Shown piece by piece: positions 9,826 to 19,002 of a stretch of DNA of 64,000 nt. The stretch's first letter is position 1. The number at the start of each line of letters is the position of its first letter. Location of the stretch: positions 1,536,001 through 1,600,000 of the forward strand of contig OY762492.1 in assembly GCA_963665845.2 (NCBI GenBank), read 5' to 3'. The position numbers and the translations under genes were made by a program. This stretch comes from Candidatus Poribacteria bacterium. Lineage in GTDB: Bacteria; Poribacteria; WGA-4E; GCA-2687025. Under the pieces are notes generated by a model, which searched no databases, was not told where the DNA came from, and saw nothing but the letters and a program-made list of their open reading frames with translations.

Positions 9826-10320
9826 AAGCGCCTCTGGATTCCCCTTGAAATGGGACGCCTCTGGATACCCATTTTCAAGGGGAGCCTCTGGATTCCCCCC
9901 TTGAAAAGGGGGGTTAGGGGGGTTTTAAAGAGGGGACGCGAAGCCTTAAGATTCCCGCTTGCGCGGGAATGACGAGATGGGGGCGCGCCTCTGGATTCCC
10001 CTTGAAATGGGAACGCCTCTGGCTTCCCCCTTTTCAAGGGGAGCTTCTGGATTCCCCCCTTGAAAAGGGGGGTTAGGGGGGTTTAAAGCGCGGACGCGCC
10101 GGCTGCGATGCCTTAAGATTCCCGCCTGCGCGGGAATGACCCCGTTTTCACGGGGGCAGGCTATGAGGGCGCGGGAATGCATGTCCCCGCGGGCATGTCC
10201 TCGTGAAAACGGGGAAGCGGGGAACGGTTTGGTTGGCAAAGCCTTTGTTCCATGAATAGAGCGATCGTCGGTCAAATGTCCCAACTTTAAGCATGAGGTC
10301 AGGATTCCTCTTGAAGGAGG
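9826..10320. repeat. long mosaic of palindromic repeats between convergent genes
   Basis: Multiple gcctctggattccccttgaaa units; ~150 bp direct duplication (~9828-9973 vs ~9985-10140); right arm of MITE family B ending gaggtcag at 10302. Confidence 0.88.
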
Positions 10321-10321
10321 T

Positions 10322-11374
10322 TCAAAGCGCGGACGCGAGCGCGATCTTGACGACCATCTCATCCCCAAGCCTATAGCTGCCGTCCAGCGCCTTGAACCCG
10401 TCTAGGACGCGCTCCAGCGGCAGCTGATGGCTCACCATGTCGGCGAAGGGAAACTCGTTTTTCTCGATGATCGGAAGCGCGCGCGGGAAATCGTCCAGCC
10501 GATACCCCCAGATGCCCTCAATGCGCAGGTTGCGCCGCATGAGCATCTGGTTCGGGTTGAACTCGATGGAACCCATGTCGACAAAGTGTCCAACCTCAAT
10601 GAAGGCGCCGCTATGTCGTACATAAGACAAGCCTTCGGGCGTCGCCGGAAGAAAGCCTGCGCATTCAAAGACGACATCCGCGCCCGCTCTTTTCGGCGTG
10701 TGGGACATGACCAGTTCGCGCCGCTCCTCCGCCGTTTTCACCTCTTCAATGTCGATGACGATGTCGGCGCCGAGCCGCTTTGCCAGCTCCAGCCGCCCCT
10801 TCGGTCCGCCGACCATGATCAGCTTGCCGGCGCCGCGCATTTTGGCGGCGATGAGCGTCACCAGCCCGATGGCGCCGGAGCCTTGTACGACGACCGTATC
10901 GCCGATCTCAATGCCGGAGCGGCTGGCGGCGTGGATGCCGACGGTGAACGGTTCAATGAGAACAGCCGCTTCGGGCGGCGCGCTCGTTTTGATAAAGCAG
11001 GTGCCGGGCAGGCACAGATGGATGTAGTCGGCAAACCCGCCTCGGAAGCGCGGCTCATCGTCAGGGTTGTTTTGAAAGCCGTAGGCGCCGCCTCTGGCGC
11101 CGGGCGCGAGGATGACGCGGTCCCCCTCTTGAACAGGCGCGCCGACATAATCGGTCTTCACATCGGCGCCCAGTTTTTCGATGACGCCGACATTTTCATG
11201 TCCAAGCAGCATCTCGCCTTTAATGCCGTTCTGCCAGTTATGAATGTCGGTGCCGCAGATGCCCGCCAGTTCTTGACGCAGCACGAGCGCGTCCGGCGCC
11301 GGGTCGGGGACGGGGTACTCTCGTATTTCAAAGCGGCGTCCGGTTGCGACGACCGCGCGTCCTGTCGCTGCCAT
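10322..11374 (-). CDS. zinc-binding dehydrogenase (MDR superfamily)
   Basis: GICGTD, GHE catalytic Zn motifs and GSGAIG NAD-binding motif; lacks the 4-Cys structural Zn lobe; SD-like aaagga before the ATG at 11374. Confidence 0.88.
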   Translation of the reverse strand: MAATGRAVVATGRRFEIREYPVPDPAPDALVLRQELAGICGTDIHNWQNGIKGEMLLGHENVGVIEKLGADVKTDYVGAPVQEGDRVILAPGARGGAYGFQNNPDDEPRFRGGFADYIHLCLPGTCFIKTSAPPEAAVLIEPFTVGIHAASRSGIEIGDTVVVQGSGAIGLVTLIAAKMRGAGKLIMVGGPKGRLELAKRLGADIVIDIEEVKTAEERRELVMSHTPKRAGADVVFECAGFLPATPEGLSYVRHSGAFIEVGHFVDMGSIEFNPNQMLMRRNLRIEGIWGYRLDDFPRALPIIEKNEFPFADMVSHQLPLERVLDGFKALDGSYRLGDEMVVKIALASAL

Positions 11375-11445
11375 GCGCGTTCCTTTGCTTCGTTCGGGTT
11401 CGGTTTGGGACATCCTACCGCAGGCGGCGGACCGACGCAAACGCC

Positions 11446-11655
11446 TCAAGCCCGCTTTTCAATCCACCGCCCGACGCCGAACGCCGCCAGCCCTCCCAAA
11501 AAGAACAGCAGCTCAATGCCCATCGCTTTCTCCGCCGACATCGGACCGAGCGGCGACATGAAACCGAGATGGTTTCCCATGCCGACATACAGCCCGACGA
11601 CCAGCGAGACGAGACCGATTAGCTCCAGAACCTTGCCGATATAGAACAGCGCCAT
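11446..11655 (-). CDS. small two-TM membrane protein
   Basis: 69 aa with two hydrophobic helices, lying in line between oxidoreductase genes. Confidence 0.6.
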   Translation of the reverse strand: MALFYIGKVLELIGLVSLVVGLYVGMGNHLGFMSPLGPMSAEKAMGIELLFFLGGLAAFGVGRWIEKRA

Positions 11656-11664
11656 GCCGTTTCC

Positions 11665-12612
11665 TTAGCCGATCTCAATGAGGCCGCGGCGGCGCGACAG
11701 AACGGCGTCGTAAAGGCGCATCGTTTTGACGCAGTCCTGTATGCTGCATTGCGGTTCGCGTCCCTCGCGGACAGCGCGGACAAACTCGGTCAGGCTGACG
11801 CTGTCGCCTGTCAGTTCGCTGTTGCGTTCGTCCGAGTAGTTTTCGGTGAATGTGTTGCCGCCTGCGGTGTAGTGCGAGATTGTCCACAAGCCGTCCAGGA
11901 CGATATACGATTCATGCCCCGTCATTTCGATGCGGTCGTAGTTGCGCCTCCAGAGCCGCTGGCTGTTCAGTTGCATCAATCCGACGGCGCCGTTTTCAAA
12001 CTCCATCGAGACGGCGAAGGAGCCTTGCCCGTGTCGTTCGTTGCCGAAGGAGGCGATCGTCGTCGGTTCGCCCGCCAACCGCCGAATCAGGTCGAAATGG
12101 TGGATGGCAAAGTCGAGCAGATAGTGATGAACGGAGCCGTATTTGCCGCTGCAGAATGAGCAGTAGATTTGGGACAATCCGCCGAATTCGGGCGTATCGG
12201 AGATCGCTTTCGCCTGCCGCGCGCCGACGCTGAAACGGCGCTGAAAGTTGACCATCATGGTCTTGCCGGCCGCTTCCGCCGCCTCCGCCAGCTCAATCGT
12301 GTCGGCGAGCGACGGGGCGGGCGGTTTTGGGGTGAAGACGTGGTAGCCGGCGGCGAGAGCGTCTTTCACCAGCCCCTGCCGCGCGTCTGGACCCATGCAG
12401 ATGATGAGCGCTTCGATGTCTTCTTCGCCGCACATTTCGCGCCAGTCGGCGTAGGAGCGCCCTGTTCCGAATTTGCCCGCCGCGCTCAACCGCCGCCCTT
12501 CGTCCGCGTCGCACACCGCCTGCAAATCTACAGGCGCGAGATGCAGCGCCGGGTATAACGTGTGGCGCGCGAAGCCTCCCGCGCCGATGAAACCGATTTT
12601 CAAGTTGTCCAT
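11665..12612 (-). CDS. Gfo/Idh/MocA family oxidoreductase
   Basis: IGFIGAG; variant PKP in place of EKP; NFQRRF; DFAIHHFD. Confidence 0.9.
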   Translation of the reverse strand: MDNLKIGFIGAGGFARHTLYPALHLAPVDLQAVCDADEGRRLSAAGKFGTGRSYADWREMCGEEDIEALIICMGPDARQGLVKDALAAGYHVFTPKPPAPSLADTIELAEAAEAAGKTMMVNFQRRFSVGARQAKAISDTPEFGGLSQIYCSFCSGKYGSVHHYLLDFAIHHFDLIRRLAGEPTTIASFGNERHGQGSFAVSMEFENGAVGLMQLNSQRLWRRNYDRIEMTGHESYIVLDGLWTISHYTAGGNTFTENYSDERNSELTGDSVSLTEFVRAVREGREPQCSIQDCVKTMRLYDAVLSRRRGLIEIG

Positions 12613-12799
12613 TCCGTATCTCCTGTTATGGATTGCTGTCGGGAAGGCTGATTTATCTTGCCTCGCATAAACGGTTCATAAGCCGCCTCAATCTTCGCCG
12701 CCCGCTTTAGTATAGCGCTCCGCTTCAGACGAGGCAGCTGTATCGTTGACAGTAACATACAGGCGATGACATTCATTTTGCGCGACGGCCGATCTATGC

Positions 12800-12886
12800 T
12801 GTCATTCCCGCGCAAGCGGGAATCTTAAGGCATCGCAGCCGCCGCGCGCGGCTAAAACCCCCCCAGCCCCCCTTTTCAAGGGGGGA
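12800..12886. repeat. REP-like palindrome pair truncating the MTase remnant
   Basis: gtcattcccgcgcaagcgggaatc plus ccccccagccccccttttcaagggggg. Confidence 0.8.
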
Positions 12887-12998
12887 GTTGTCGCGCAGCC
12901 GCAGAACGGATCCAAGACCAGATCGCCTTCGTTGGAGGACGCCTTGAGGATCCGTTCATAAAGGGCGAGCGGTTTTTGATCGGGCGAGCCTGTCCGCT
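12886..12998 (-). pseudogene. DNA methyltransferase remnant, C-proximal part (motif I)
   Basis: Translates RTGSPDQKPLALYERILKASSNEGDLVLDPFCGCATT and then runs into a repeat. Confidence 0.85.
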
Positions 12999-13038
12999 GA
13001 CCGCCCATGCTAGAATCAACCAAATAAAACCTGAAAAC

Positions 13039-13067
13039 TTGACATCGCAAAAGCCGCATGGCAGACT
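13039..13067 (+). promoter_or_regulatory. putative sigma70 promoter for the MTase cassette
   Basis: TTGACA-17nt-CAGACT. Confidence 0.4.
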
Positions 13068-13102
13068 CTAGAGGAAAATCAAAAACCAGAAAGAAACGAA
13101 AC

Positions 13103-14518
13103 ATGCTCGATTATGGGGATAGCCTCAAACACAACAGCCTCTACTACGGCGACTGCCTCGATTGGATGCGCCGATGGCGCGATGAAAGTGTCGATTTGAT
13201 TTATCTCGACCCGCCATTTAATTCCAACACAACTTACAGCATCCTCTTTGGAGCGCGAAGCGTAAACCAAGCGCAATACAGGGCATTCAAAGACACATGG
13301 TACTGGGATACGGCTGCAGTCAACAGATATAGCGCATTTAAAGCCGCTATTGGACGGCCGGCGCATAAAGCCATTGTCGGGCTTCAAAATATTCTCGGCG
13401 ACTGCGGAATGCTGGCGTACCTAACCTACATGGCAGAGCGGCTTGAAGAAATGCGCCGCATCCTAAAATCTACGGGATCAATCTACCTTCACTGCGACCC
13501 GACAGCGAGCCACTACCTCAAAATCATCATGGACGCTATATTCGGGAAAACAAGCTTTCGGAATGAAATTGTCTGGGGATACGAAAAGCCCCGCAGCAGC
13601 AAATTGCAATTTCGCAAGAACCACGACATCATCCTGTTTTACAGCGGATCTCGAAAGTGGACATTTAATCCCCAGCGCGTTCCACTAATGGACGGGACCT
13701 TTGAACTCCTCAAGCCTTTCAAGCGTCCGGACGGCACAATCTGGAGACCAAAAGAACCCGGCAAACAAGCCTCAGACTGGTGGTACGATATACCATCGTT
13801 TGCCACCCGCATGACGGCCAAAGAACGCTTAGGCTATCCGACACAAAAGCCGCTTGCGTTGTTGGAGCGCATCATCAAAGCGTCCTCCAACGAAGGCGAT
13901 GTCGTTCTAGATCCTTTCTGCGGTTGCGGCACCACAATCGAAGCAGCAGACCGACTGAAAAGAAAATGGGCTGGCATTGACATAAGCTCGATCGCAATCG
14001 ACCTGATTCGAGAACGACGCATGAAAGATCAGACAATACCTGTTTCAGGAATCCCAACCGATATTGCGTCGGCAAAAAAACTGGCAAAAGAATCGCCTTT
14101 CCAGTTTGAATCCTGGGCGGTTACCCGACTTGCAGGATTTATCCCGAATACAAAACAGGTTGCTGACAGCGGCGTTGACGGGCGTGGAACCCTATATGAT
14201 CAACCAGACGAATGGGATTCAACACTGGCGCTAGCCCAAGTTAAAGGCGGGAAATTTACGTTAAGCGCACTACGCGACTTTATAAGCGTCGTCAGTCGCG
14301 CCAACGCAGCAATCGGATACTTCATCACCCTAGAAAAAGTCACTTCAACAAACGCGCGCGTACTCGCCGCTGAAATGGGCAACATCGCCATAGGCAACAG
14401 CACATACCCACGCTTGAATCTTTGGTCAATCGAGGACTACTACAACAACCGCCCATGCCTCCTGCCGCCAATGGCGGACCCATACACAGGACAACTCTTC
14501 AAACCATCGCTATTCTAA
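13103..14518 (+). CDS. N6/N4 DNA methyltransferase (beta order) fused to Mrr-like PD-(D/E)xK domain
   Basis: LYYGDCL, DPPF, YPTQKP, DPFCGCGTT; C-terminal FESWAV..ADSGVDG..AQVKGG; visibly lower GC than the flanks. Confidence 0.9.
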   Translation: MLDYGDSLKHNSLYYGDCLDWMRRWRDESVDLIYLDPPFNSNTTYSILFGARSVNQAQYRAFKDTWYWDTAAVNRYSAFKAAIGRPAHKAIVGLQNILGDCGMLAYLTYMAERLEEMRRILKSTGSIYLHCDPTASHYLKIIMDAIFGKTSFRNEIVWGYEKPRSSKLQFRKNHDIILFYSGSRKWTFNPQRVPLMDGTFELLKPFKRPDGTIWRPKEPGKQASDWWYDIPSFATRMTAKERLGYPTQKPLALLERIIKASSNEGDVVLDPFCGCGTTIEAADRLKRKWAGIDISSIAIDLIRERRMKDQTIPVSGIPTDIASAKKLAKESPFQFESWAVTRLAGFIPNTKQVADSGVDGRGTLYDQPDEWDSTLALAQVKGGKFTLSALRDFISVVSRANAAIGYFITLEKVTSTNARVLAAEMGNIAIGNSTYPRLNLWSIEDYYNNRPCLLPPMADPYTGQLFKPSLF

Positions 14519-14536
14519 AACGACTTGGAGGCTCCA

Positions 14537-14836
14537 ATGAACAATGCCGATGAAAAAATCGAACAAATACTAGAAATTCTCAAAAAAGAAAAACAAGAAG
14601 AATTTATCGACGACATTAATCAAAGAATTTTTGCGATTGTTGAAATTAATAAAGCGGACATTGAAGAAGTTCAAATGCAACTTTCAGAAGATGTTCACAA
14701 TTTAAAACAAGCGATCGAAGAAAACGAAAAAGCCATCGCTAACCTAAACGGTAAAATGACAGTTTTGCTCATAATGCTAGCCCCGCTCGTCCTGGCCATT
14801 GTCGGCGCTGTCGTAAAATACATCTTCGGATTTTAA
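14537..14836 (+). CDS. small coiled-coil protein with C-terminal TM helix
   Basis: GGAGG SD; heptad-rich acidic helix followed by VLLIMLAPLVLAIVGAVVKYIF; AT-rich. Confidence 0.7.
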   Translation: MNNADEKIEQILEILKKEKQEEFIDDINQRIFAIVEINKADIEEVQMQLSEDVHNLKQAIEENEKAIANLNGKMTVLLIMLAPLVLAIVGAVVKYIFGF

Positions 14837-14845
14837 TAAACCAAA

Positions 14846-15210
14846 CCTGTCGGCTTCAGTACGCGATGCATTTCCAGCAGCCGGACGCTCAAAAAGCAGA
14901 GGAAGGCTGCCGTGTCCTCGCCTTGACAATGCTTCGCCGCGTCGATGGCGTGGTACAGCTCCGTATGCCCGTCCTTGATCTCCTCCAGCCACTTGGGGTG
15001 GACTTCGTTCCATTTCCACTGGTCGGGCAGGATTCCTGTGTCGCCGAATTTCCACTTGTCGACATAGAAGCCCGCGGATCCGCTGCGGTTGCGCTTCGTG
15101 TTGAAGGGCGGGTCGGTCGCGATGAGATCGACCGTTTCGCTGTTCATGCCGCGCAGGACGTCTAGGTTGTCCATTTCGTAGAGCGCGTTGTCGGGAAAGT
15201 TTTGCGCCAT
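14846..15210 (-). pseudogene. DNA methyltransferase remnant, N-terminal part (motif IV)
   Basis: LYEMDNLDVLRGMNSETVDLIATDPPF...RLLEMHRVLKPTG then an abrupt stop. Confidence 0.85.
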
Positions 15211-15297
15211 GGGATCGAATCCTAACTTCGCTTCATGCCTGCGCCGCTTGCTCTCTTAAGTGTAGGCGATTTTGAGAGCGTTTTGTAGCGCCAAAAT

Positions 15298-15445
15298 CTG
15301 ACCTTATGTCCTTAGTTGGGGACATTCCGCCTGGCGAACGCGGACGTCGTCTGCGGCGCCTCTGGATTCCCGCGCGTTTTACCGCAGGGGCGGGAATGCA
15401 TGCCCTCGCGGGCATGTCCTCGTGAAAACGGGGAAGCGGGGGACG
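15298..15445. repeat. MITE family B left arm with nested palindromic modules
   Basis: ctgaccttatgtccttagttggggacat...gcgaacgcggacgtc matches 25887-25950; followed by the gcatgtcctcgtgaaaacggggaagcgggg module also seen at ~10190. Confidence 0.75.
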
Positions 15446-15506
15446 AGGAAGGAAGCGGGAACGACCGCCGGAATGCGGAATTAAGGGATCGGGTCGATCA
15501 ATATCT

Positions 15507-15535
15507 TTGAAATTCCCAGCCCCGCGCGCTACTTT
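15507..15535 (+). promoter_or_regulatory. putative sigma70 promoter of pckG
   Basis: TTGAAA-17nt-TACTTT. Confidence 0.45.
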
Positions 15536-15581
15536 TAAATTGCGCTCGAACCGACACGACTTAACTTAGGCAGGAAGATTC

Positions 15582-17321
15582 ATGGCATCCAAACTTGAAA
15601 CATGGGTGGACGAATGCGCCCGTTTAACGAAGCCGGACTCGATCTACTGGTGCGACGGCTCCGAAGAAGAGATTGAACGGCTCAACGGCGAAATGATCGA
15701 CGCCGGCATTTTTCAGCGGCTCAACGACAACGTCTACCGCAACTGCCATCTTCACCGCAGCGACCCGCGCGACGTCGCCCGAACCGAGCATTCCACCTTC
15801 ATCTGCTCCGACAAGGAGGAGGACGCCGGACCGACCAACAACTGGAAGCATCCCGACGAAGCGAGAGCGATGCTGAAACCGATGTACGACGGCGTCATGA
15901 AGGGGCGCACCATGTATGTCGTGCCTTACGCGCTCGGTCCGCTTGACTCGCCGCTCTCCCGCGTCGGCGTCCAGCTGACCGACAGCCCCTATGTGGTCGC
16001 CAACCTGCGCATCATGACGCGCATGGGTCAGGCGGCGCTCGACAAACTGGACGGATCGGACGACTTTGAGCCAGGGCTGCATTCGACCGCCGACCTGAAC
16101 CCTGAAGACCGGTATATCTGCCATTTCACCTCCGAAGGCGTCGTTTGGAGCGTCAACTCCGGCTACGGCGGGAACGCGCTGCTCAGCAAAAAATGTTTCG
16201 CGCTGCGTATCGCCAGCGCCCGCGCCAAGCGCGACGGATGGATGGCGGAGCATATGCTCATCCTTGAACTTGAAATGCCGGACGGCAGGCTCAAGTATGT
16301 CGCCGGCGCGTTTCCGAGCGCGTGCGGAAAAACGAACCTCGCCATGCTCATCAGCCCGCTGGAAAACCTAGGGTACAAGGTGCGCACCGTCGGCGACGAC
16401 ATCGCATGGCTCCGCCCCGGCGCGGACGGACGGCTCTGGGCAATCAACCCGGAGACCGGCTTCTTCGGCGTCGCCCCCGGCACGAACGAGCAGACCAACC
16501 CGAACGCGATGCGGACGCTGGAAGAGAACTCCATCTTCACCAATGTTGCCGTCACGCCCGACGGCGTCCCATGGTGGGAAGACAAGACCGACTCCCCGCC
16601 GGACAACTTGACCGACTGGCTCGGCAACTCGTGGAACGGCGAAAACCCAGCCGCCCATCCAAACGCCCGTTACACAACGCCCGCGTCTCAATGCCCCAGC
16701 ATCTCGCCGCGGTGGGAAGACCCGCAGGGCGTTCCCATTGATGTGATCCTGTTCGGCGGACGGCGCGCCTCGCTTGCGCCGTTGGTGTACGAGTCGTTCG
16801 ACTGGGATCATGGCGTCTATATGGCGTCCACGATCGGCTCCGAGACGACGGCGGCGCAGCAGTCCGGGGCGGTCGGCGTCATTCGGCGCGACCCGATGGC
16901 GATGCTTCCGTTTTGCGGCTACCACATGGGCGACTACTTCACGCACTGGCTTGAAATGAAAGATCAGTTGACCCAGCCGCCGAAAATCTTCTGCGTCAAC
17001 TGGTTCCGAAAAGACGCCGGCGGAAACTGGCTCTGGCCTGGGTTCGGGGAAAACCTGCGCGTCCTGCTCTGGGCGGTCGAACGCTCGGAAGGCAGAGGCG
17101 GCGCGGATGAAACGCCCATCGGCTTTCTTCCGTCTGAAAACGCAATCAATCTGGACGGGTTGAACATCGAAAAAGCGGCGATGCGCGAGCTGCTGAATGT
17201 GAACCGAGACGACTGGCAGGCGGAAGCGGAGCAGGTCGGCGAGTTTTACACCCGTTTTGGCGGCAGGCTTCCAGAACGCATGGCGGAACAGCTAGCCGCG
17301 CTCAATAAACGGCTCGGCTAA
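15582..17321 (+). CDS. pckG: phosphoenolpyruvate carboxykinase (GTP)
   Basis: SGYGGNALLSKKCFALR, WMAEHM, AFPSACGKTNLAM, VGDDIAW, RRDPMAMLPFCGY. Confidence 0.97.
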   Translation: MASKLETWVDECARLTKPDSIYWCDGSEEEIERLNGEMIDAGIFQRLNDNVYRNCHLHRSDPRDVARTEHSTFICSDKEEDAGPTNNWKHPDEARAMLKPMYDGVMKGRTMYVVPYALGPLDSPLSRVGVQLTDSPYVVANLRIMTRMGQAALDKLDGSDDFEPGLHSTADLNPEDRYICHFTSEGVVWSVNSGYGGNALLSKKCFALRIASARAKRDGWMAEHMLILELEMPDGRLKYVAGAFPSACGKTNLAMLISPLENLGYKVRTVGDDIAWLRPGADGRLWAINPETGFFGVAPGTNEQTNPNAMRTLEENSIFTNVAVTPDGVPWWEDKTDSPPDNLTDWLGNSWNGENPAAHPNARYTTPASQCPSISPRWEDPQGVPIDVILFGGRRASLAPLVYESFDWDHGVYMASTIGSETTAAQQSGAVGVIRRDPMAMLPFCGYHMGDYFTHWLEMKDQLTQPPKIFCVNWFRKDAGGNWLWPGFGENLRVLLWAVERSEGRGGADETPIGFLPSENAINLDGLNIEKAAMRELLNVNRDDWQAEAEQVGEFYTRFGGRLPERMAEQLAALNKRLG

Positions 17322-17390
17322 CGTTTAGGCGGACGCGGACGGCTGCCTGTTTTTTTAAAGCATGGCGCTGTCCGCTCCCCGCTCTCCCTC

Positions 17391-19001
17391 ATGCGATCGC
17401 CTTTGCTTCGAAACACAGGGATACTCGCCGCGCTCACCAGCCTAAGCCGCGTTTTAGGCTTAGTGCGGGAGGCGGTTCTGTTTGCGCTTTTCGGCGCGGG
17501 CGGGTCGATCCTCACAGACGCCTATCAAGCCGCTTTTCGCATCCCGAACATGCTGCGCGACCTGTTCGCCGAGGGGGCGTTGAGCGCCGCGTTTGTGACC
17601 ACCTTCGCGCAGACCGCCGAGACGGACGGCGACGAAGCCGCATGGCGCCTCGGACGGGAGCTGATCACGGCGCTGGCGGGCGTCGTCGCCGCGATCGCGA
17701 TTCTGGGCGTCTTGACGGCGCCGCTCTTGGTGGACCTCATGGCGGGCGGTTTTGAAAAAATCCCCGGCAAACGCAGCCTTGCCGTACAACTGACGCGGAT
17801 TCTCTGGCCCTTTCTGCTGATGATGTCGCTCGCGTCGGTCTGGATGGGCATGCTGAACGCGCGGAACCGTTTTGCCGCCCCGGCGTACGGTCCGGTCATG
17901 TTCAACCTCGCCTCCATACTGATTGGCGCGCCGGCGGCGTATCTGTTAGACCCAAGCCTTGGGGCGCGCGCGGTGTCGGTTTTCGCCTGCGGGACGCTCC
18001 TCGGCGGGGCGTTGCAGTGGCTCATACAGGTTCCGACGCTGCGGCGCGAGGGGTTCCGCTTCCGCTTCGCTTTGCCGTGGCGCGACGGAGTCTTGAACCC
18101 CGCCTTCAAGCGCGTGCTTCGGTTGATGGCGCCCGCCGTGGTCGGACTCGCCGGCGTTCAGATCAACATTTTTGTGAACACGCATTTCGCGTCTCATATG
18201 GGGGACGGTCCCATTTCATGGCTCGCCGCGGCGTTTCGTTTTGTGCATCTCCCGATCGCGCTGTTCGGGGCGGCCGTCTCTACCGCGGCGATACCGGAAC
18301 TCTCCCGCGCCGCCGCCCGTAAAGACGACGCCGAATTCCGCGCGCTGCTCAAACGCGCCCTCAGCTTCGTCGCCATCTTATGCATACCGAGCGCGTGCGG
18401 ACTGGCGATCATCGGCGAACCGCTCACCCGTCTTCTGTTTGAACGGGGGCAATTTCTCCCTGAAGACACGATTCAAACCGCCGCGGCGCTGCGGTTTTAC
18501 GCGATCGGCTTAGCGGCGTATGCGGCAATCAAAGTGATCGCGCCGGCGCTGTACGCCCTCGGCGACGCGCGGCGTCCGGCTCTCGTCAGCCTGTTCTCCG
18601 TCGGCGTCAATTTCCTCATGAGCTGGCTTCTCGGCGTCCATCTCGGTTTAGGACACCGCGGCCTCGCCCTTTCCGTCTCCACGGTCGCCGTTGTCAATCT
18701 GACGCTGCTGCTCTGGGCGGCGCGTCAGCATATCCCGCGCCTGCTGGGAGCCGCGTTTGCGCGGATGCTGGCGAAGGTTGTCCTGGCGTCCGCGGCGATG
18801 AGCGGCGCGGCATGGGGCGCCTTGCGCTGGCTTGGCTCCTTTTCAAGCATCTCCGCGCTGATAGAGATCGCCGTTCTGGCGGGCGTTCTGGCGGTGGCGT
18901 TGGCGGTCTACGCCGCTTTCTGCCATGCGCTTCGGCTGGAAGAATGGAACGAAGTTCTTCAAACGCTGTTGCGGCGGTTTGCCCGAAAGAATGCCCGCTG
19001 A
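17391..19001 (+). CDS. murJ: lipid II flippase MurJ (MviN)
   Basis: SRVLGLVRE, AFRIPNMLRDLFAEGALSAAFV, LFERGQF, multi-TM. Confidence 0.95.
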   Translation: MRSPLLRNTGILAALTSLSRVLGLVREAVLFALFGAGGSILTDAYQAAFRIPNMLRDLFAEGALSAAFVTTFAQTAETDGDEAAWRLGRELITALAGVVAAIAILGVLTAPLLVDLMAGGFEKIPGKRSLAVQLTRILWPFLLMMSLASVWMGMLNARNRFAAPAYGPVMFNLASILIGAPAAYLLDPSLGARAVSVFACGTLLGGALQWLIQVPTLRREGFRFRFALPWRDGVLNPAFKRVLRLMAPAVVGLAGVQINIFVNTHFASHMGDGPISWLAAAFRFVHLPIALFGAAVSTAAIPELSRAAARKDDAEFRALLKRALSFVAILCIPSACGLAIIGEPLTRLLFERGQFLPEDTIQTAAALRFYAIGLAAYAAIKVIAPALYALGDARRPALVSLFSVGVNFLMSWLLGVHLGLGHRGLALSVSTVAVVNLTLLLWAARQHIPRLLGAAFARMLAKVVLASAAMSGAAWGALRWLGSFSSISALIEIAVLAGVLAVALAVYAAFCHALRLEEWNEVLQTLLRRFARKNAR

Positions 19002-19002
19002 T

